A stretch of 64,000 nt of DNA, from assembly GCA_038106185.1 (NCBI GenBank), contig JAYODE010000002.1, positions 166,282-230,281 of the forward strand, in the 5' to 3' direction. Positions 1-9,648 of this stretch are shown in pieces; position 1 is the first letter of the stretch, and each line of letters begins with the position of its first letter. This DNA comes from Gammaproteobacteria bacterium (GTDB lineage Bacteria; Pseudomonadota; Gammaproteobacteria; Pseudomonadales; Azotimanducaceae). The translations under genes were made by a program, and so were the position numbers. The notes below the pieces were generated by a model. The model saw nothing but the letters and a program-made list of their open reading frames with translations, did no database searches and had not been told where the DNA came from.

Positions 1-626
1 TTACCCGCGCCAGCACAGAGGATGTAGCAGTCTGCGGTTAAAAGACCATTTCCCGTATCGACCCCGATCACCGTCTCGGCCGAGGATCGAACCAGCTTGG
101 CATGGCATCGGTAGATGTGATCTCGATAGGGCTGGGCCAACGCTGTCAACAGTTCCGGCGTGTCGATGACCATGTCCTGTAACTGATAAACAGCACCAGA
201 AAATTGCGGGTTAGCGAAGATGGCGGGGTAATGGTTTGGCAGCAATGGCGTCACTCGTCCTCGTACCGACTTGCTGCCAAAAAAGGCGGTCACGCGAGAG
301 CTCAGGCTACCGTCGGAGAACAGATAGTAGGCTTCAGACAGGGTTCTGACGTTTGCCAACGGCAGTGGCCCAGCGCCGCTCAGGCATTGCCGCCAGACTT
401 CGGGCATACTGGCAATAGACTCAGAAGCAGGAGTGGTAAAACCACCGAGGGCATATTTAATCCCGCCGTGGATCATGCCTTGGGAGGCGAAAGTCTGTGC
501 CTGGCCAAGAGCCTCTTGCTCTAGCAGGACAACTGAGTAGCCAAGATTGCCGAGCACATTCAGCAACCACAGGCCGCTGATACCACCGCCGATAATGGCT
601 ATTTGCGTTTGCGACTTGTCAGCCAT
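1..626 (-). CDS. FAD-dependent oxidoreductase (GlpD-like flavoenzyme), 3' end cut by the window edge
   Basis: I translated the reverse strand from the ATG at 626-624. It reads MADKSQTQIAIIGGGISGLWLLNVLGNLGYSVVLLEQEALGQAQTFASQGMIHGGIKYAL. This shows a Rossmann GxGxxG fold followed by an IHGG-x-KY motif as in GlpD-type enzymes. The frame stays open to position 1, so there is no stop in the window and it is absent from the ORF track. Confidence 0.6.
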   Translation of the reverse strand, partial: MADKSQTQIAIIGGGISGLWLLNVLGNLGYSVVLLEQEALGQAQTFASQGMIHGGIKYALGGFTTPASESIASMPEVWRQCLSGAGPLPLANVRTLSEAYYLFSDGSLSSRVTAFFGSKSVRGRVTPLLPNHYPAIFANPQFSGAVYQLQDMVIDTPELLTALAQPYRDHIYRCHAKLVRSSAETVIGVDTGNGLLTADCYILCAGAG

Positions 627-752
627 AACGTGGTTGCTCAATGGGGCTAGTCCGTCAATGATTCGATGGCAGAGTATACTCCGAATTGAAGCGGGTGGTT
701 TAGATGCCTGAATACCGATATTCTCAACCCTGTGATCTGACCAAGAGAAGCC

Positions 753-2012
753 GTGATTAGACTTGTCTACAGCTTGGTATTTTACCTGGCGATACCCTTG
801 GTATTGCTTCGGGTTTATTGGCGCGCGCGTAAAGAACCTCGCTACCGGCAGGATCTAAAGCAACGATTCGGCTTTTGCCCGCCGTCCGCCGGTGAGAACC
901 TGGTGTGGGTTCACGCGGTCTCAGCCGGCGAAAGCATCGCGGCGGTGCCGCTCATTAAGGCATTACTGGTCGCTGGCCACCAGGTTCTGGTGACGAACAT
1001 GACCGCGACAGGCAGAGAGCAAATCGAACGGCTGCTGGGTGATCAGGTCACTAACTGTTATGCACCTTATGACTTGCCAGATGCGGTGGCGCGCTTTTTA
1101 AGACGCTGTCGACCCAGGGCTCTTGTCATTATCGATACTGAGTTATGGCCGAATATGCTGCACCAGGTGCAGCGCCAAGGCGTGAAAATACTCCTAGTAA
1201 ATGCTCGCCTCTCGGCCCGCAGTGCCGCCGCTTATGCTCGCATCAAGGCAGTCAGCCGAGCCATGCTGAGGGCGATCGATGTCGTCGCGGTCCAGAGCCG
1301 AGAACAGGGTCAGCGTTTTATCGACCTGGGACTGGACCCGTCTCGACTGCATCTGACCGGCAGCATCAAGTTTGATACCACTCCGCCCTCTGACCAGACG
1401 CAGCGGTCTGCTGAGTTCAGTCGAGTGCTGGGTCAGAGGCTCATTATCGTGGCTGGCAGCACGCATCCTGGTGAGGAACAGATGCTACTGGAAGCAGTGA
1501 AACCCTTGATGGACATTCAGCCGGAAATATTGCTGGTGCTGGCACCACGCCATCATTATCGGGGGGAGCAAGTGGAGCAGTTGTGCCATTCCATGGGGCT
1601 CACCACGGTTCGTCGTAGTGCGAATCAAGACTGCGGTCAGCAAACCCAGGTCTTCTTGCTCGATACCATGGGAGAATTAGCCTATCTCTATGCCGTTGCC
1701 GATATTACCTTTGTTGGCGGCAGTCTGGTGCCAGTGGGCGGACATAATCCGATGGAGCCAGCTGGTCTGGGCAAGCCAGTGGTCATGGGTCAGTATTTGC
1801 GTAATATCGATGATATTGCTGCGCGTTTCGTTGCCAATGGTGGTTTGCTTCGAGTCGAATCTCCCGTCGCATTAGCTGCCGGCTTGGCGTCTCTGTGTCA
1901 GAGTACCCAGCTACGCCAGCAGCTGGGGGCGGCGGCGTTGCAAACGATGGCGGAGAACCGGGGTGCTTTAAAGCTGACTCTGCAACTGATTGATGGGGCA
2001 CTTAGGGAATAA
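753..2012 (+). CDS. waaA: 3-deoxy-D-manno-octulosonic acid (Kdo) transferase
   Basis: 419 aa with an N-terminal membrane anchor and a WVHAVSAGE motif. The GT30 Kdo-transferase layout holds through to the C-terminal GGH-N-P-EP region. GTG start. Confidence 0.88.
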   Translation: MIRLVYSLVFYLAIPLVLLRVYWRARKEPRYRQDLKQRFGFCPPSAGENLVWVHAVSAGESIAAVPLIKALLVAGHQVLVTNMTATGREQIERLLGDQVTNCYAPYDLPDAVARFLRRCRPRALVIIDTELWPNMLHQVQRQGVKILLVNARLSARSAAAYARIKAVSRAMLRAIDVVAVQSREQGQRFIDLGLDPSRLHLTGSIKFDTTPPSDQTQRSAEFSRVLGQRLIIVAGSTHPGEEQMLLEAVKPLMDIQPEILLVLAPRHHYRGEQVEQLCHSMGLTTVRRSANQDCGQQTQVFLLDTMGELAYLYAVADITFVGGSLVPVGGHNPMEPAGLGKPVVMGQYLRNIDDIAARFVANGGLLRVESPVALAAGLASLCQSTQLRQQLGAAALQTMAENRGALKLTLQLIDGALRE

Positions 2013-2074
2013 ACCGACGTTTCTGTGGTACGCTTTACGCCAGCAGGCGCAACACCACCCAGAAATTAAATAGC

Positions 2075-2578
2075 ATGAGCAAGGATAAGATGGAGCAGAG
2101 CAAGTCCCAGCGATATGTCCCTGACCTGGTGTCGGATATGGCTGAATGTGATGCAAATTACATTCGCTTGCTACGCTTGTTTCCGCATATGGCTGAGCAG
2201 GACGCACTCTCTTTCGGCGTTCATGGGGTAAAGCAAAGCATCATTCAAGGAACCACTGAAGATGGTGCTCGAGTCGTGATGCAGATTTCAGAGCGTTGTC
2301 CCTACACCACCATGTTATCGGTTCGAGTCGACAGCGAGGAAGAGAAACCCTGGATCAAATGGCCGGTCCTCGAGGTGCGCATCTACCACGATATCAAATC
2401 CGCAGAGGTCACGGGCTTTGAGCGACACCGAAACCTCATGTATCGATACCAGACGCCGAATCCGAATATGTATCAACCGGATGAAAAATCCCAGACGAAT
2501 CGTTTCTTTGGTGAGCTACTGAGTTTCTGTATTGAGCACGGCCACTCTTTGGAGCCCGTGTTTTTGGATAGGAGCTGA
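2075..2578 (+). CDS. DUF1249 (YqiB-like) protein
   Basis: 167 aa. The N-terminal ECDANYIRLLRLFP motif is characteristic of YqiB/DUF1249. Its position upstream of parE matches the E. coli and Pseudomonas neighbourhood. Confidence 0.65.
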   Translation: MSKDKMEQSKSQRYVPDLVSDMAECDANYIRLLRLFPHMAEQDALSFGVHGVKQSIIQGTTEDGARVVMQISERCPYTTMLSVRVDSEEEKPWIKWPVLEVRIYHDIKSAEVTGFERHRNLMYRYQTPNPNMYQPDEKSQTNRFFGELLSFCIEHGHSLEPVFLDRS

Positions 2579-2691
2579 TCGGCAGAGAGTGCTCGGCGAA
2601 ATCCCAAGAAATCAACAGGTCATGTGGTTATAATTCTGCGCCGAGGCGTGTGCCGAGCCTTAGCTGCGTGCCAAACCAGTGGTAGACGAAC

Positions 2692-2755
2692 GTAAAACTG
2701 ACAGACAAGCTTGAAACTACAGACAATCTTAAAGCTACAGACAAGCGTAAAACTT
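2692..2755. repeat. Tandem repeat, about 3.5 copies of an 18-19 bp unit
   Basis: Units read directly: GTAAAACTGACAGACAAGC / TTGAAACTACAGACAATC / TTAAAGCTACAGACAAGC / GTAAAACTT. They share the core CT(G)ACAGACAA. Confidence 0.85.
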
Positions 2756-2757
2756 AG

Positions 2758-2785
2758 CCCTGCAGATAGAAGCGGGTCTGCAGGG
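2758..2785 (+). other. Perfect 9-bp-stem hairpin, CCCTGCAGA-N10-TCTGCAGGG
   Basis: The inverted repeat was read directly. It has no downstream T-tract, so it is not a canonical intrinsic terminator. Confidence 0.6.
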
Positions 2786-2844
2786 CAACCCACCATCCAG
2801 AACATTTGATGCTGGATAATCGATATTGATGTTAGCAGGACACT

Positions 2845-4749
2845 ATGGTCACTAAGAACTACAGCGCAGATTCCATTGAAGTCCTTGAAGGGCTAGACCC
2901 CGTAAAAAAACGGCCTGGAATGTACACAGATACCTCGAGACCTAATCATTTGGCGCAAGAGGTCATCGATAATAGCGTCGACGAAGCGCTGGAAGGCCAC
3001 GCGACTGAAATACGAGTGACCCTGCGTAAAGATGGGTCCATGTCCGTGGGCGATAACGGACGTGGCATGCCAGTGGACTTGCACCACAAAGAGAAGCTCC
3101 CGGGCGTCGAATTGATTTTGACACGGTTGCACTCCGGCGCGAAATTTAACAGTGACAATTATAAGTTCTCAGGCGGCCTGCACGGCGTTGGTATTTCTGT
3201 GGTCAATGCCCTGTCTGAGTCATTTGAGGTTTATATCAAACGTGATGGGAAACTCCATCACATGGCGTTCAAGGATGGAGTCAAGGTCTCTAACCTGGCG
3301 GTTAAGGAGACGACTGGAAAGCGTAACACTGGGACTCTGGTCACGTTTCGGCCAAATCCTCAATACTTTGACTCGCCGAAATTCTCTGTCAGCCGTATGA
3401 AGCACTTGCTTCGAGCCAAGGCTGTGCTCTGTCCAGGGCTTCGAGTGTTGTTTACTGATGAAACAGCCAGTAATCCAGAGGAAGGCCACTACGAATGGTG
3501 TTACGAAGCTGGCTTGAAGGATTACCTGGTCGATGAGCTGACGGGTTTTGTGGTGCTGCCGGCTGAGCCCTTTATGGGCTCGATAGCGGGTAATGAAGAA
3601 GCGGTTGACTGGGCCGTTCAGTGGTTGCCAGAGGGAGGTGACCTCATCACTGAAAGCTATGTGAACTTGATTCCGACAGCCCAGGGTGGCACCCATGTCA
3701 GTGGCCTCCGCGGTGGGTTGCTTGAGGCGCTGCGGGAGTTTTGTGAGTTCCGTAATTTGGTACCCCGTGGTGTGAAAATTTCTGCGGAGGATATCTGGGA
3801 CCGTTGCAGCTATGTCCTGTCAGCGAAACTGCTGGATCCGCAATTTTCTGGTCAGACCAAGGAGCGGTTGAACTCTCGGCAGGCAGCGACCTTTATAGCC
3901 GGTGTCGTCAAGGACAGTTTCAGTCTCTGGCTCAATCAGCACACCACGGATGCGGAAGCATTAGCCGAGCTGGCCATCAGCAATGCGCAGGCGCGGTTGC
4001 GAGCGGGCAAAAAGGTTGTGCGCAAAAAAGTCACTGCCGGTCCTGCGCTGCCTGGCAAGCTGGCGGATTGCTCTTGTCAAGATGCGATGCAGGGCGAGTT
4101 ATTTCTCGTCGAGGGCGACTCGGCAGGGGGCTCTGCCAAACAGGCCCGCGATCGAGTCACTCAGGCCATCATGCCGCTGCGGGGCAAAATTTTGAATACC
4201 TGGGAGATAGACTCAAGCGAAATTCTTGCGTCTCAGGAAGTCCATGATATCTCTGTGGCACTTGGCATAGATCCGGGCGAAGAAAATTTGGCGAATCTGC
4301 GTTACGGCAAAATCTGCATACTGGCCGATGCAGACTCTGACGGTTTGCACATAGCCAGCCTGCTCATTGCGCTGTTTGTCAAACATTATCCAGCGTTGGT
4401 CAGGGCCGGGCACGTGTATGTCGCCATGCCGCCCTTATACAGGATTGATGTGGGTAAAGAAGTCTTTTATGCCCTGGATGAGGCAGAGCGACGAGGCATT
4501 CTGGATCTGATCGCCGCCGAGAAGAAGAAGGGTAAGGTGAGCGTTCAGCGCTTTAAGGGGCTCGGCGAAATGAATCCGCTGCAGCTGCGAGAAACTGCCA
4601 TGGCGGAAGCGACTCGGCGTCTGGTGCAACTCACCATGGATCCAGGCAGTCTGGTAAACGACACGCTAGATATGCTGTTGTCAAAAAAACGCGCGGCAGA
4701 TAGAAAGGTCTGGCTCGAAAATAAGGGCGATTTAGCCGAATTGGTATAA
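2845..4749 (+). CDS. parE: DNA topoisomerase IV subunit B
   Basis: 634 aa. It has GHKL ATPase motifs (DNSVDEA, GLHGVG) and Toprim motifs ([19 protein letters not shown]). It lacks the long GyrB insertion and is followed directly by parC. Confidence 0.93.
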   Translation: MVTKNYSADSIEVLEGLDPVKKRPGMYTDTSRPNHLAQEVIDNSVDEALEGHATEIRVTLRKDGSMSVGDNGRGMPVDLHHKEKLPGVELILTRLHSGAKFNSDNYKFSGGLHGVGISVVNALSESFEVYIKRDGKLHHMAFKDGVKVSNLAVKETTGKRNTGTLVTFRPNPQYFDSPKFSVSRMKHLLRAKAVLCPGLRVLFTDETASNPEEGHYEWCYEAGLKDYLVDELTGFVVLPAEPFMGSIAGNEEAVDWAVQWLPEGGDLITESYVNLIPTAQGGTHVSGLRGGLLEALREFCEFRNLVPRGVKISAEDIWDRCSYVLSAKLLDPQFSGQTKERLNSRQAATFIAGVVKDSFSLWLNQHTTDAEALAELAISNAQARLRAGKKVVRKKVTAGPALPGKLADCSCQDAMQGELFLVEGDSAGGSAKQARDRVTQAIMPLRGKILNTWEIDSSEILASQEVHDISVALGIDPGEENLANLRYGKICILADADSDGLHIASLLIALFVKHYPALVRAGHVYVAMPPLYRIDVGKEVFYALDEAERRGILDLIAAEKKKGKVSVQRFKGLGEMNPLQLRETAMAEATRRLVQLTMDPGSLVNDTLDMLLSKKRAADRKVWLENKGDLAELV

Positions 4750-4768
4750 CTGTAAGACCAACTGGAAA

Positions 4769-7024
4769 GTGAACAGATTCATGACTGAGCCAAACCAATC
4801 GACAAACATGGAAACTATCTCCCTGACGGCATTTACCGAGGGCGCATATCTGAACTATGCGATGTATGTCATTAACGATCGAGCGCTGCCGCATATCGGC
4901 GACGGCCTTAAGCCGGTTCAGCGGCGAATTGTCTACGCTATGTCAGAACTGCGTTTGACGGCTGATGCCAAGTTTATGAAATCGGCGCGAACAGTGGGAG
5001 ATGTCATCGGTAAATATCATCCGCACGGTGATAGTGCCAGTTATGAGGCAATGGTTCTGATGGCGCAGCAATTCTCTTATCGCTATCCGCTGGTCGATGG
5101 TCAAGGTAACTGGGGTTCTCCCGATGACCCCAAGTCCTTTGCCGCCATGCGATATACCGAGTCTCGACTAACTAAATACGCCTCTGTGCTGCTAGACGAG
5201 CTGGGTCAGGGTACTGTCGAATTCATCCCTAATTTCGATGGCACCATGGAAGAACCGCTACTGTTGCCGGCCCGATTGCCAAACATTCTTCTTAATGGAG
5301 CCAGTGGTATTGCTGTGGGTATGGCGACCGACATTCCACCGCATAATATCAACGAAGTGGTCAGCGCCTGCATACGTTTGTTAGATCAGCCCAAGGCGTC
5401 AGTGACTGATCTCCTTGAGCATGTGCAGGGGCCAGATTTTCCCACCAATGCAGAGATCATCTCAAGCGCAGCAGAGATTCGCCAGATTTACGAGACCGGG
5501 CGAGGCGCAGTAAGAACACGAGCGGTGTATGAAATTGAAGATGGCGATATCGTCATTACGGCGATTCCCTTTCAAGTATCTGGCACCAAGATACTGGAAC
5601 AGATAGCCGCCCAGATGCAGGCTAAGAAATTACCCATGGTCGTTGACCTGCGTGATGAGTCTGATCACGAAAATCCAACTCGAATAGTCATAGTGCCGCG
5701 TTCCAATCGAATCGATATAGAGGCATTGATGGCCCACCTTTTTGCCACCACGGATCTGGAGCGAACTCACAGGGTCAACTTTAATATGATCGGTCTGGAT
5801 GGCCGGCCACGGGTCAAGCCATTGAATGTGCTGTTATCAGAGTGGCTGACCTATCGGACTGAGACGGTGGTGCGCAGGCTTAATTATCGTCTGGAAAAAA
5901 TTCTGGCGCGTCTGCATATTCTTGAAGGCTTGATGATCGCTTATCTGAATATCGATGAGGTGATTCGCATTATTCGTACCGAAGACAAGCCGAGGCAGGT
6001 TTTGATGGCGACCTATGCCCTGTCAGAGATACAGGCAGATGCCATATTGGATCTTCGGCTAAGACAGTTAGCGCGACTAGAAGAGCAGAAGATTCAAGGT
6101 GAGCAGGACCAGCTGAATGGCGAGCGTTCGGATATAGAGAAAACTCTGGCTTCGAGTGCTCGGATGAAAACGCTGGTGAAACAGGAGCTACTGAGAGATG
6201 CACAGGAATTCGGCGATGATCGGCAGTCACCGATCGTCAGTCGCGCCGAGGCTCAAGCCTTCAGCGAAAAGGATTTGCTGTCTACCGAGCCAGTGACGAT
6301 TGTGTTATCTGAAAAAGGTTGGGTTCGCGCGGCGAGGGGACATGATATTGACCCACAAGAGCTGAGTTATCGCTCTGGCGATAGTTTCTTTCAGTCGGTG
6401 TTGGGACGATCTAACCAGGACGTGGTCTTTCTCGACTCGACGGGTCGTGCTTATACCCTGCAAGCCCATACGTTGCCATCGGCCAGGGGTCAGGGAGAGC
6501 CGTTGAGTGGGCGAACCAGCCCACCTTCTGGGGCTTACTTTACCGGCGTCATCACCGGCGAAAGGGACCAACAATTCTTGTTAGCCAGCGACGCGGGTTA
6601 CGGCTTCATCGCTACCCTTGGCGACCTGCAAAGTAAAAACAAAGCTGGAAAATCTGTGATTAGTGTACCGGCAGGGGGTGTTGTCCTGCAGCCGCAGCGG
6701 GTCTCTGATCTCGAGCAGGATTATGTCGCCGCTGTCAGTAACGAGGGACGATTGTTGATTTTCCCCGTCAGCGAATTGCCGCTGCTGGCCAGAGGCAAGG
6801 GGGTGAAGATCATGAATATTCCCAAGGCTTTATTGGCTGATCGTCTGGAGTTTATGGCTCATCTGGTTGTCCTGACCGCGAAGGACACGCTGGTGGTGCA
6901 CTCTGGCAAACGCCACATTAACCTCAAGTTTGATGATTTGGAGCATTATCGAGGAGAGCGTGCGCGCCGCGGTCTGAAGTTGCCTCGAGGATTCCAAAAG
7001 GTTGACACAGTCGCACTGCTGTAA
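4769..7024 (+). CDS. parC: DNA topoisomerase IV subunit A
   Basis: 751 aa with the HPHGD motif and the AAMRYTE active-site tyrosine motif. The size and the pairing with parE favour ParC over GyrA. The start is either GTG 4769 or ATG 4781. Confidence 0.93.
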   Translation: MNRFMTEPNQSTNMETISLTAFTEGAYLNYAMYVINDRALPHIGDGLKPVQRRIVYAMSELRLTADAKFMKSARTVGDVIGKYHPHGDSASYEAMVLMAQQFSYRYPLVDGQGNWGSPDDPKSFAAMRYTESRLTKYASVLLDELGQGTVEFIPNFDGTMEEPLLLPARLPNILLNGASGIAVGMATDIPPHNINEVVSACIRLLDQPKASVTDLLEHVQGPDFPTNAEIISSAAEIRQIYETGRGAVRTRAVYEIEDGDIVITAIPFQVSGTKILEQIAAQMQAKKLPMVVDLRDESDHENPTRIVIVPRSNRIDIEALMAHLFATTDLERTHRVNFNMIGLDGRPRVKPLNVLLSEWLTYRTETVVRRLNYRLEKILARLHILEGLMIAYLNIDEVIRIIRTEDKPRQVLMATYALSEIQADAILDLRLRQLARLEEQKIQGEQDQLNGERSDIEKTLASSARMKTLVKQELLRDAQEFGDDRQSPIVSRAEAQAFSEKDLLSTEPVTIVLSEKGWVRAARGHDIDPQELSYRSGDSFFQSVLGRSNQDVVFLDSTGRAYTLQAHTLPSARGQGEPLSGRTSPPSGAYFTGVITGERDQQFLLASDAGYGFIATLGDLQSKNKAGKSVISVPAGGVVLQPQRVSDLEQDYVAAVSNEGRLLIFPVSELPLLARGKGVKIMNIPKALLADRLEFMAHLVVLTAKDTLVVHSGKRHINLKFDDLEHYRGERARRGLKLPRGFQKVDTVALL

Positions 7025-7150
7025 ACCACCAGACGAGCGGGTTGCACCCGTCGCATAAGCGCATCGAGCAGAGTCAGGTGTCGTTCGCTCAAAGTCCGTG
7101 CCGCTGAAGGCGCAGGGTGAAAGTTAACAGAATAAGGTCGCGCTAAGCGG

Positions 7151-8269
7151 CTACTGGTCCAATAACTGCCTAGCCTGGCGCTGGATCAAAGTTTGGTATT
7201 CTGACTGCAGCCCTTCGACCTGGAAGACCAGACCGTCTGGCGTGAGAGAGCTTTGAAACGGTGAGCTAACGAGGCGATTGGGTTCCTGCAGGTGTGCTAG
7301 CACCTGTTGACTCGCCAACAAGCAATTCTGGGCGTTGGACGCCAGGTAGCTGGCATTTTTGCGCGCATGTGCCAGGGTCTGTGGATCGGCGGCAGCATCT
7401 GCCAGGTCCAGGCCGAGTTTGATGCTGATGGGTGTGTCAATCAGACGAAACATCTGCAAGAGTAGCAGGCCACTGCAGGCGGCACGAAATATGGCGTCAT
7501 CATCCGTGTCATCATCCGTAAAGTAGATCAGGACAGTATCACCGTCCGGTGGCGCCATGTCGCCGCGGTAAAGCGCCAGTGCTTGTTGAACGCGCGGCAG
7601 ATAGTCAGGTAATAAACGCGCAGGCCTCAGCTTGAACACCATGATGATGGTGTCAAGTCTCTTGGTCTCTGGCACGACTTCAGTGTTGGCGGTTTGGAGC
7701 GCAGGCTGGTCAAGCTTTGATGTTGAGTCGGTCACCTGGCTGGTGGCCGGTGCCGCAGGTAAAGCGACCCAGAGATAGATCAGATCAGCATACTGCCAGA
7801 GTATATAAACCGATACCGCAGCGATAACGATATGAATGGCAATAATCAGCAGGAGGGTCAGAAAGAGAGGCTCGTCAACACTGGCGCTACTCAGACCGAT
7901 TTGCAGGTGCCCCACGCTGGCATTCTGCCAAGTGATATCTCTCGTGAAGAGGCTAGCAGAGTTCTCGCTGGCGGACCTTTTGCCCACTTGGGCCAGTAAG
8001 CGGTTGTCGGCGCCGTAAATGGACGCGAAGTCAAAATTACCTCGAGCCAGCAGCTGAGTCAGGACGACATTCAGGCTGAGAATATCCTCATTAACCAGGT
8101 AGTCAGTGACGGACAGTGATAACTGGTCTGCGATGGAGGCGCCAAAGTGCTGCCCCTTTTGGTTCAACTCGACGTTGACGTGTTGGTAGTGAAATACCAC
8201 AGACGCGAGGCCGCTGATGAAGATTGGCACCAGGACCAACAAACTGGCTCTCAATTTTCGCCGATACAT
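7151..8269 (-). CDS. Membrane protein with an AhpA/YtjB(Smp)-like N-terminal half and an unassigned C-terminal domain
   Basis: 372 aa. It has a TM helix near residues 9-27, a periplasmic-type segment, a second long hydrophobic helix near residues 135-170, and a roughly 170-aa cytoplasmic C-terminus. It is divergent from serB, as ytjB/smp is in E. coli. Confidence 0.5.
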   Translation of the reverse strand: MYRRKLRASLLVLVPIFISGLASVVFHYQHVNVELNQKGQHFGASIADQLSLSVTDYLVNEDILSLNVVLTQLLARGNFDFASIYGADNRLLAQVGKRSASENSASLFTRDITWQNASVGHLQIGLSSASVDEPLFLTLLLIIAIHIVIAAVSVYILWQYADLIYLWVALPAAPATSQVTDSTSKLDQPALQTANTEVVPETKRLDTIIMVFKLRPARLLPDYLPRVQQALALYRGDMAPPDGDTVLIYFTDDDTDDDAIFRAACSGLLLLQMFRLIDTPISIKLGLDLADAAADPQTLAHARKNASYLASNAQNCLLASQQVLAHLQEPNRLVSSPFQSSLTPDGLVFQVEGLQSEYQTLIQRQARQLLDQ

Positions 8270-8385
8270 AAGACTCCGCTGGCCGCAACATTTCCAGGCG
8301 AGTATAACCGAATGTTAGGTCGGAGAATCCGCTTTGTTTTGTATTTCATTGACTGACCAAGGATAATAGCAGCGTTTTAATAGCC

Positions 8386-9612
8386 TTGGATAACATCGTG
8401 ACAGAGCTCGTGCTCATCAACATTTCCGGTGAGGACAAACCCGGTCTAACGGCAACTATCACTGAGCTTCTCGCTAACTTCGATATCGACATCCTCGATG
8501 TTGGTCAGGCGGTAATCCATAACCACCTGTCCCTGGGTATTCTCATCAATATTCCAGGACACTCTGAGCCGATTCTTAAGGAAGTGCTATTCACCGCCCA
8601 TGCATTGGGGGTCAACATCAAATTCTCGCCTGTGGATGAGGTCAGCTATGAAGACTGGGTTGGCCTTCAGGGCCGCTCGCGATTTATTTTGACGCTGCTT
8701 GCCCGGCGCATTAAAGCGACACATATCGCGAAAGTCTCGCGAGTGATCGCTGACAATGGCCTCAACATCGATAACATCGTCCGTCTTTCTGGCAGGGTTC
8801 CTCTGCTGCATCCCGAAGCAAAGACGAAAGCCTGCGTTGAATTTTCTCTAAAAGGTGAGCTCGCTGATAATGCGGCCTTTCGCGCTCAGCTGATGAACGT
8901 TTGCAGCGAGCTTGATATTGATATCGCGGTACAGGAAGACGGTCTGTTTCGGCGCAATCGGCGCCTGGTCTGTTTTGACATGGACTCGACCCTTATTTCC
9001 ACTGAGGTTATTGATGAACTGGCGCGGCTCAAAGGTGTGGGTGATCAGGTGAGCGCGGTAACTGAGCGAGCCATGTTGGGTGAGTTAGATTTTAAGGCCA
9101 GCTTGCGTCAACGGGTGGCCTTGCTTGAAGGCCTGCCAGAGTCGAGTCTAAAGCAAGTTGCAGACTCCCTGCCTTTGATGGAAGGTGTAGAGCACTTATT
9201 TGCGGTGTTAAAACGGCTGGGCTACAAGACGGCTATTCTCTCAGGCGGGTTTACCTATTTCGGCGAGGTGCTGCAAAACAGATTCGGCGTCGATTACGTG
9301 TATGCCAATGTACTTGAAATCATTGACGGAAAGCTCACAGGCAAGGTCATTGAGCCGATAGTCGATGCAGAACGCAAGGCATTACTGTTACAAGCCTTGG
9401 CGAAGCAGGAAAACATTGTTTTGGATCAGGTCATTGCTGTCGGCGATGGAGCCAATGATTTGGCGATGTTGGCAGTTGCCGGATTGGGTATTGCGTTTCA
9501 TGCCAAGCCGATCGTGAAAAAGAATGCTGAGCAAGCTATTTCGCATTTAGGTCTGGATAGCATTTTATATTTGATGGGCATCCGAGATCGCGATTCTGGT
9601 CGGTCCAGCTAG
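8386..9612 (+). CDS. serB: Phosphoserine phosphatase with N-terminal ACT-like domains
   Basis: 408 aa with HAD motifs FDMDSTLI (DxDxT) and GDGANDL. The N-terminal ELVLINISGEDKPGLTA is ACT-like. TTG start. Confidence 0.88.
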   Translation: MDNIVTELVLINISGEDKPGLTATITELLANFDIDILDVGQAVIHNHLSLGILINIPGHSEPILKEVLFTAHALGVNIKFSPVDEVSYEDWVGLQGRSRFILTLLARRIKATHIAKVSRVIADNGLNIDNIVRLSGRVPLLHPEAKTKACVEFSLKGELADNAAFRAQLMNVCSELDIDIAVQEDGLFRRNRRLVCFDMDSTLISTEVIDELARLKGVGDQVSAVTERAMLGELDFKASLRQRVALLEGLPESSLKQVADSLPLMEGVEHLFAVLKRLGYKTAILSGGFTYFGEVLQNRFGVDYVYANVLEIIDGKLTGKVIEPIVDAERKALLLQALAKQENIVLDQVIAVGDGANDLAMLAVAGLGIAFHAKPIVKKNAEQAISHLGLDSILYLMGIRDRDSGRSS

Positions 9613-9648
9613 GCAGTCGCAGGTCGCGAAACGAAATCAATCTGCGCT

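Noticed and set aside
204-524. 106-aa ORF on the plus strand
   Set aside because: It lies entirely antisense to the FAD-oxidoreductase reading frame, which has a clear Rossmann motif. Its composition is Arg/Ser/Gly-rich shadow-frame type.
2620-2805. 61-aa minus-strand ORF with a repetitive CSFK peptide
   Set aside because: It is simply the translation of the 18-bp tandem repeat. It has no Shine-Dalgarno and its repetitiveness mirrors the DNA repeat.
2811-2819. DnaA-box-like TTATCCAGC upstream of parE
   Set aside because: It is a single 7/9 match, there is no cluster of boxes and no AT-rich unwinding element, so this is not an origin. It is mentioned only as context in the parE spacer finding.
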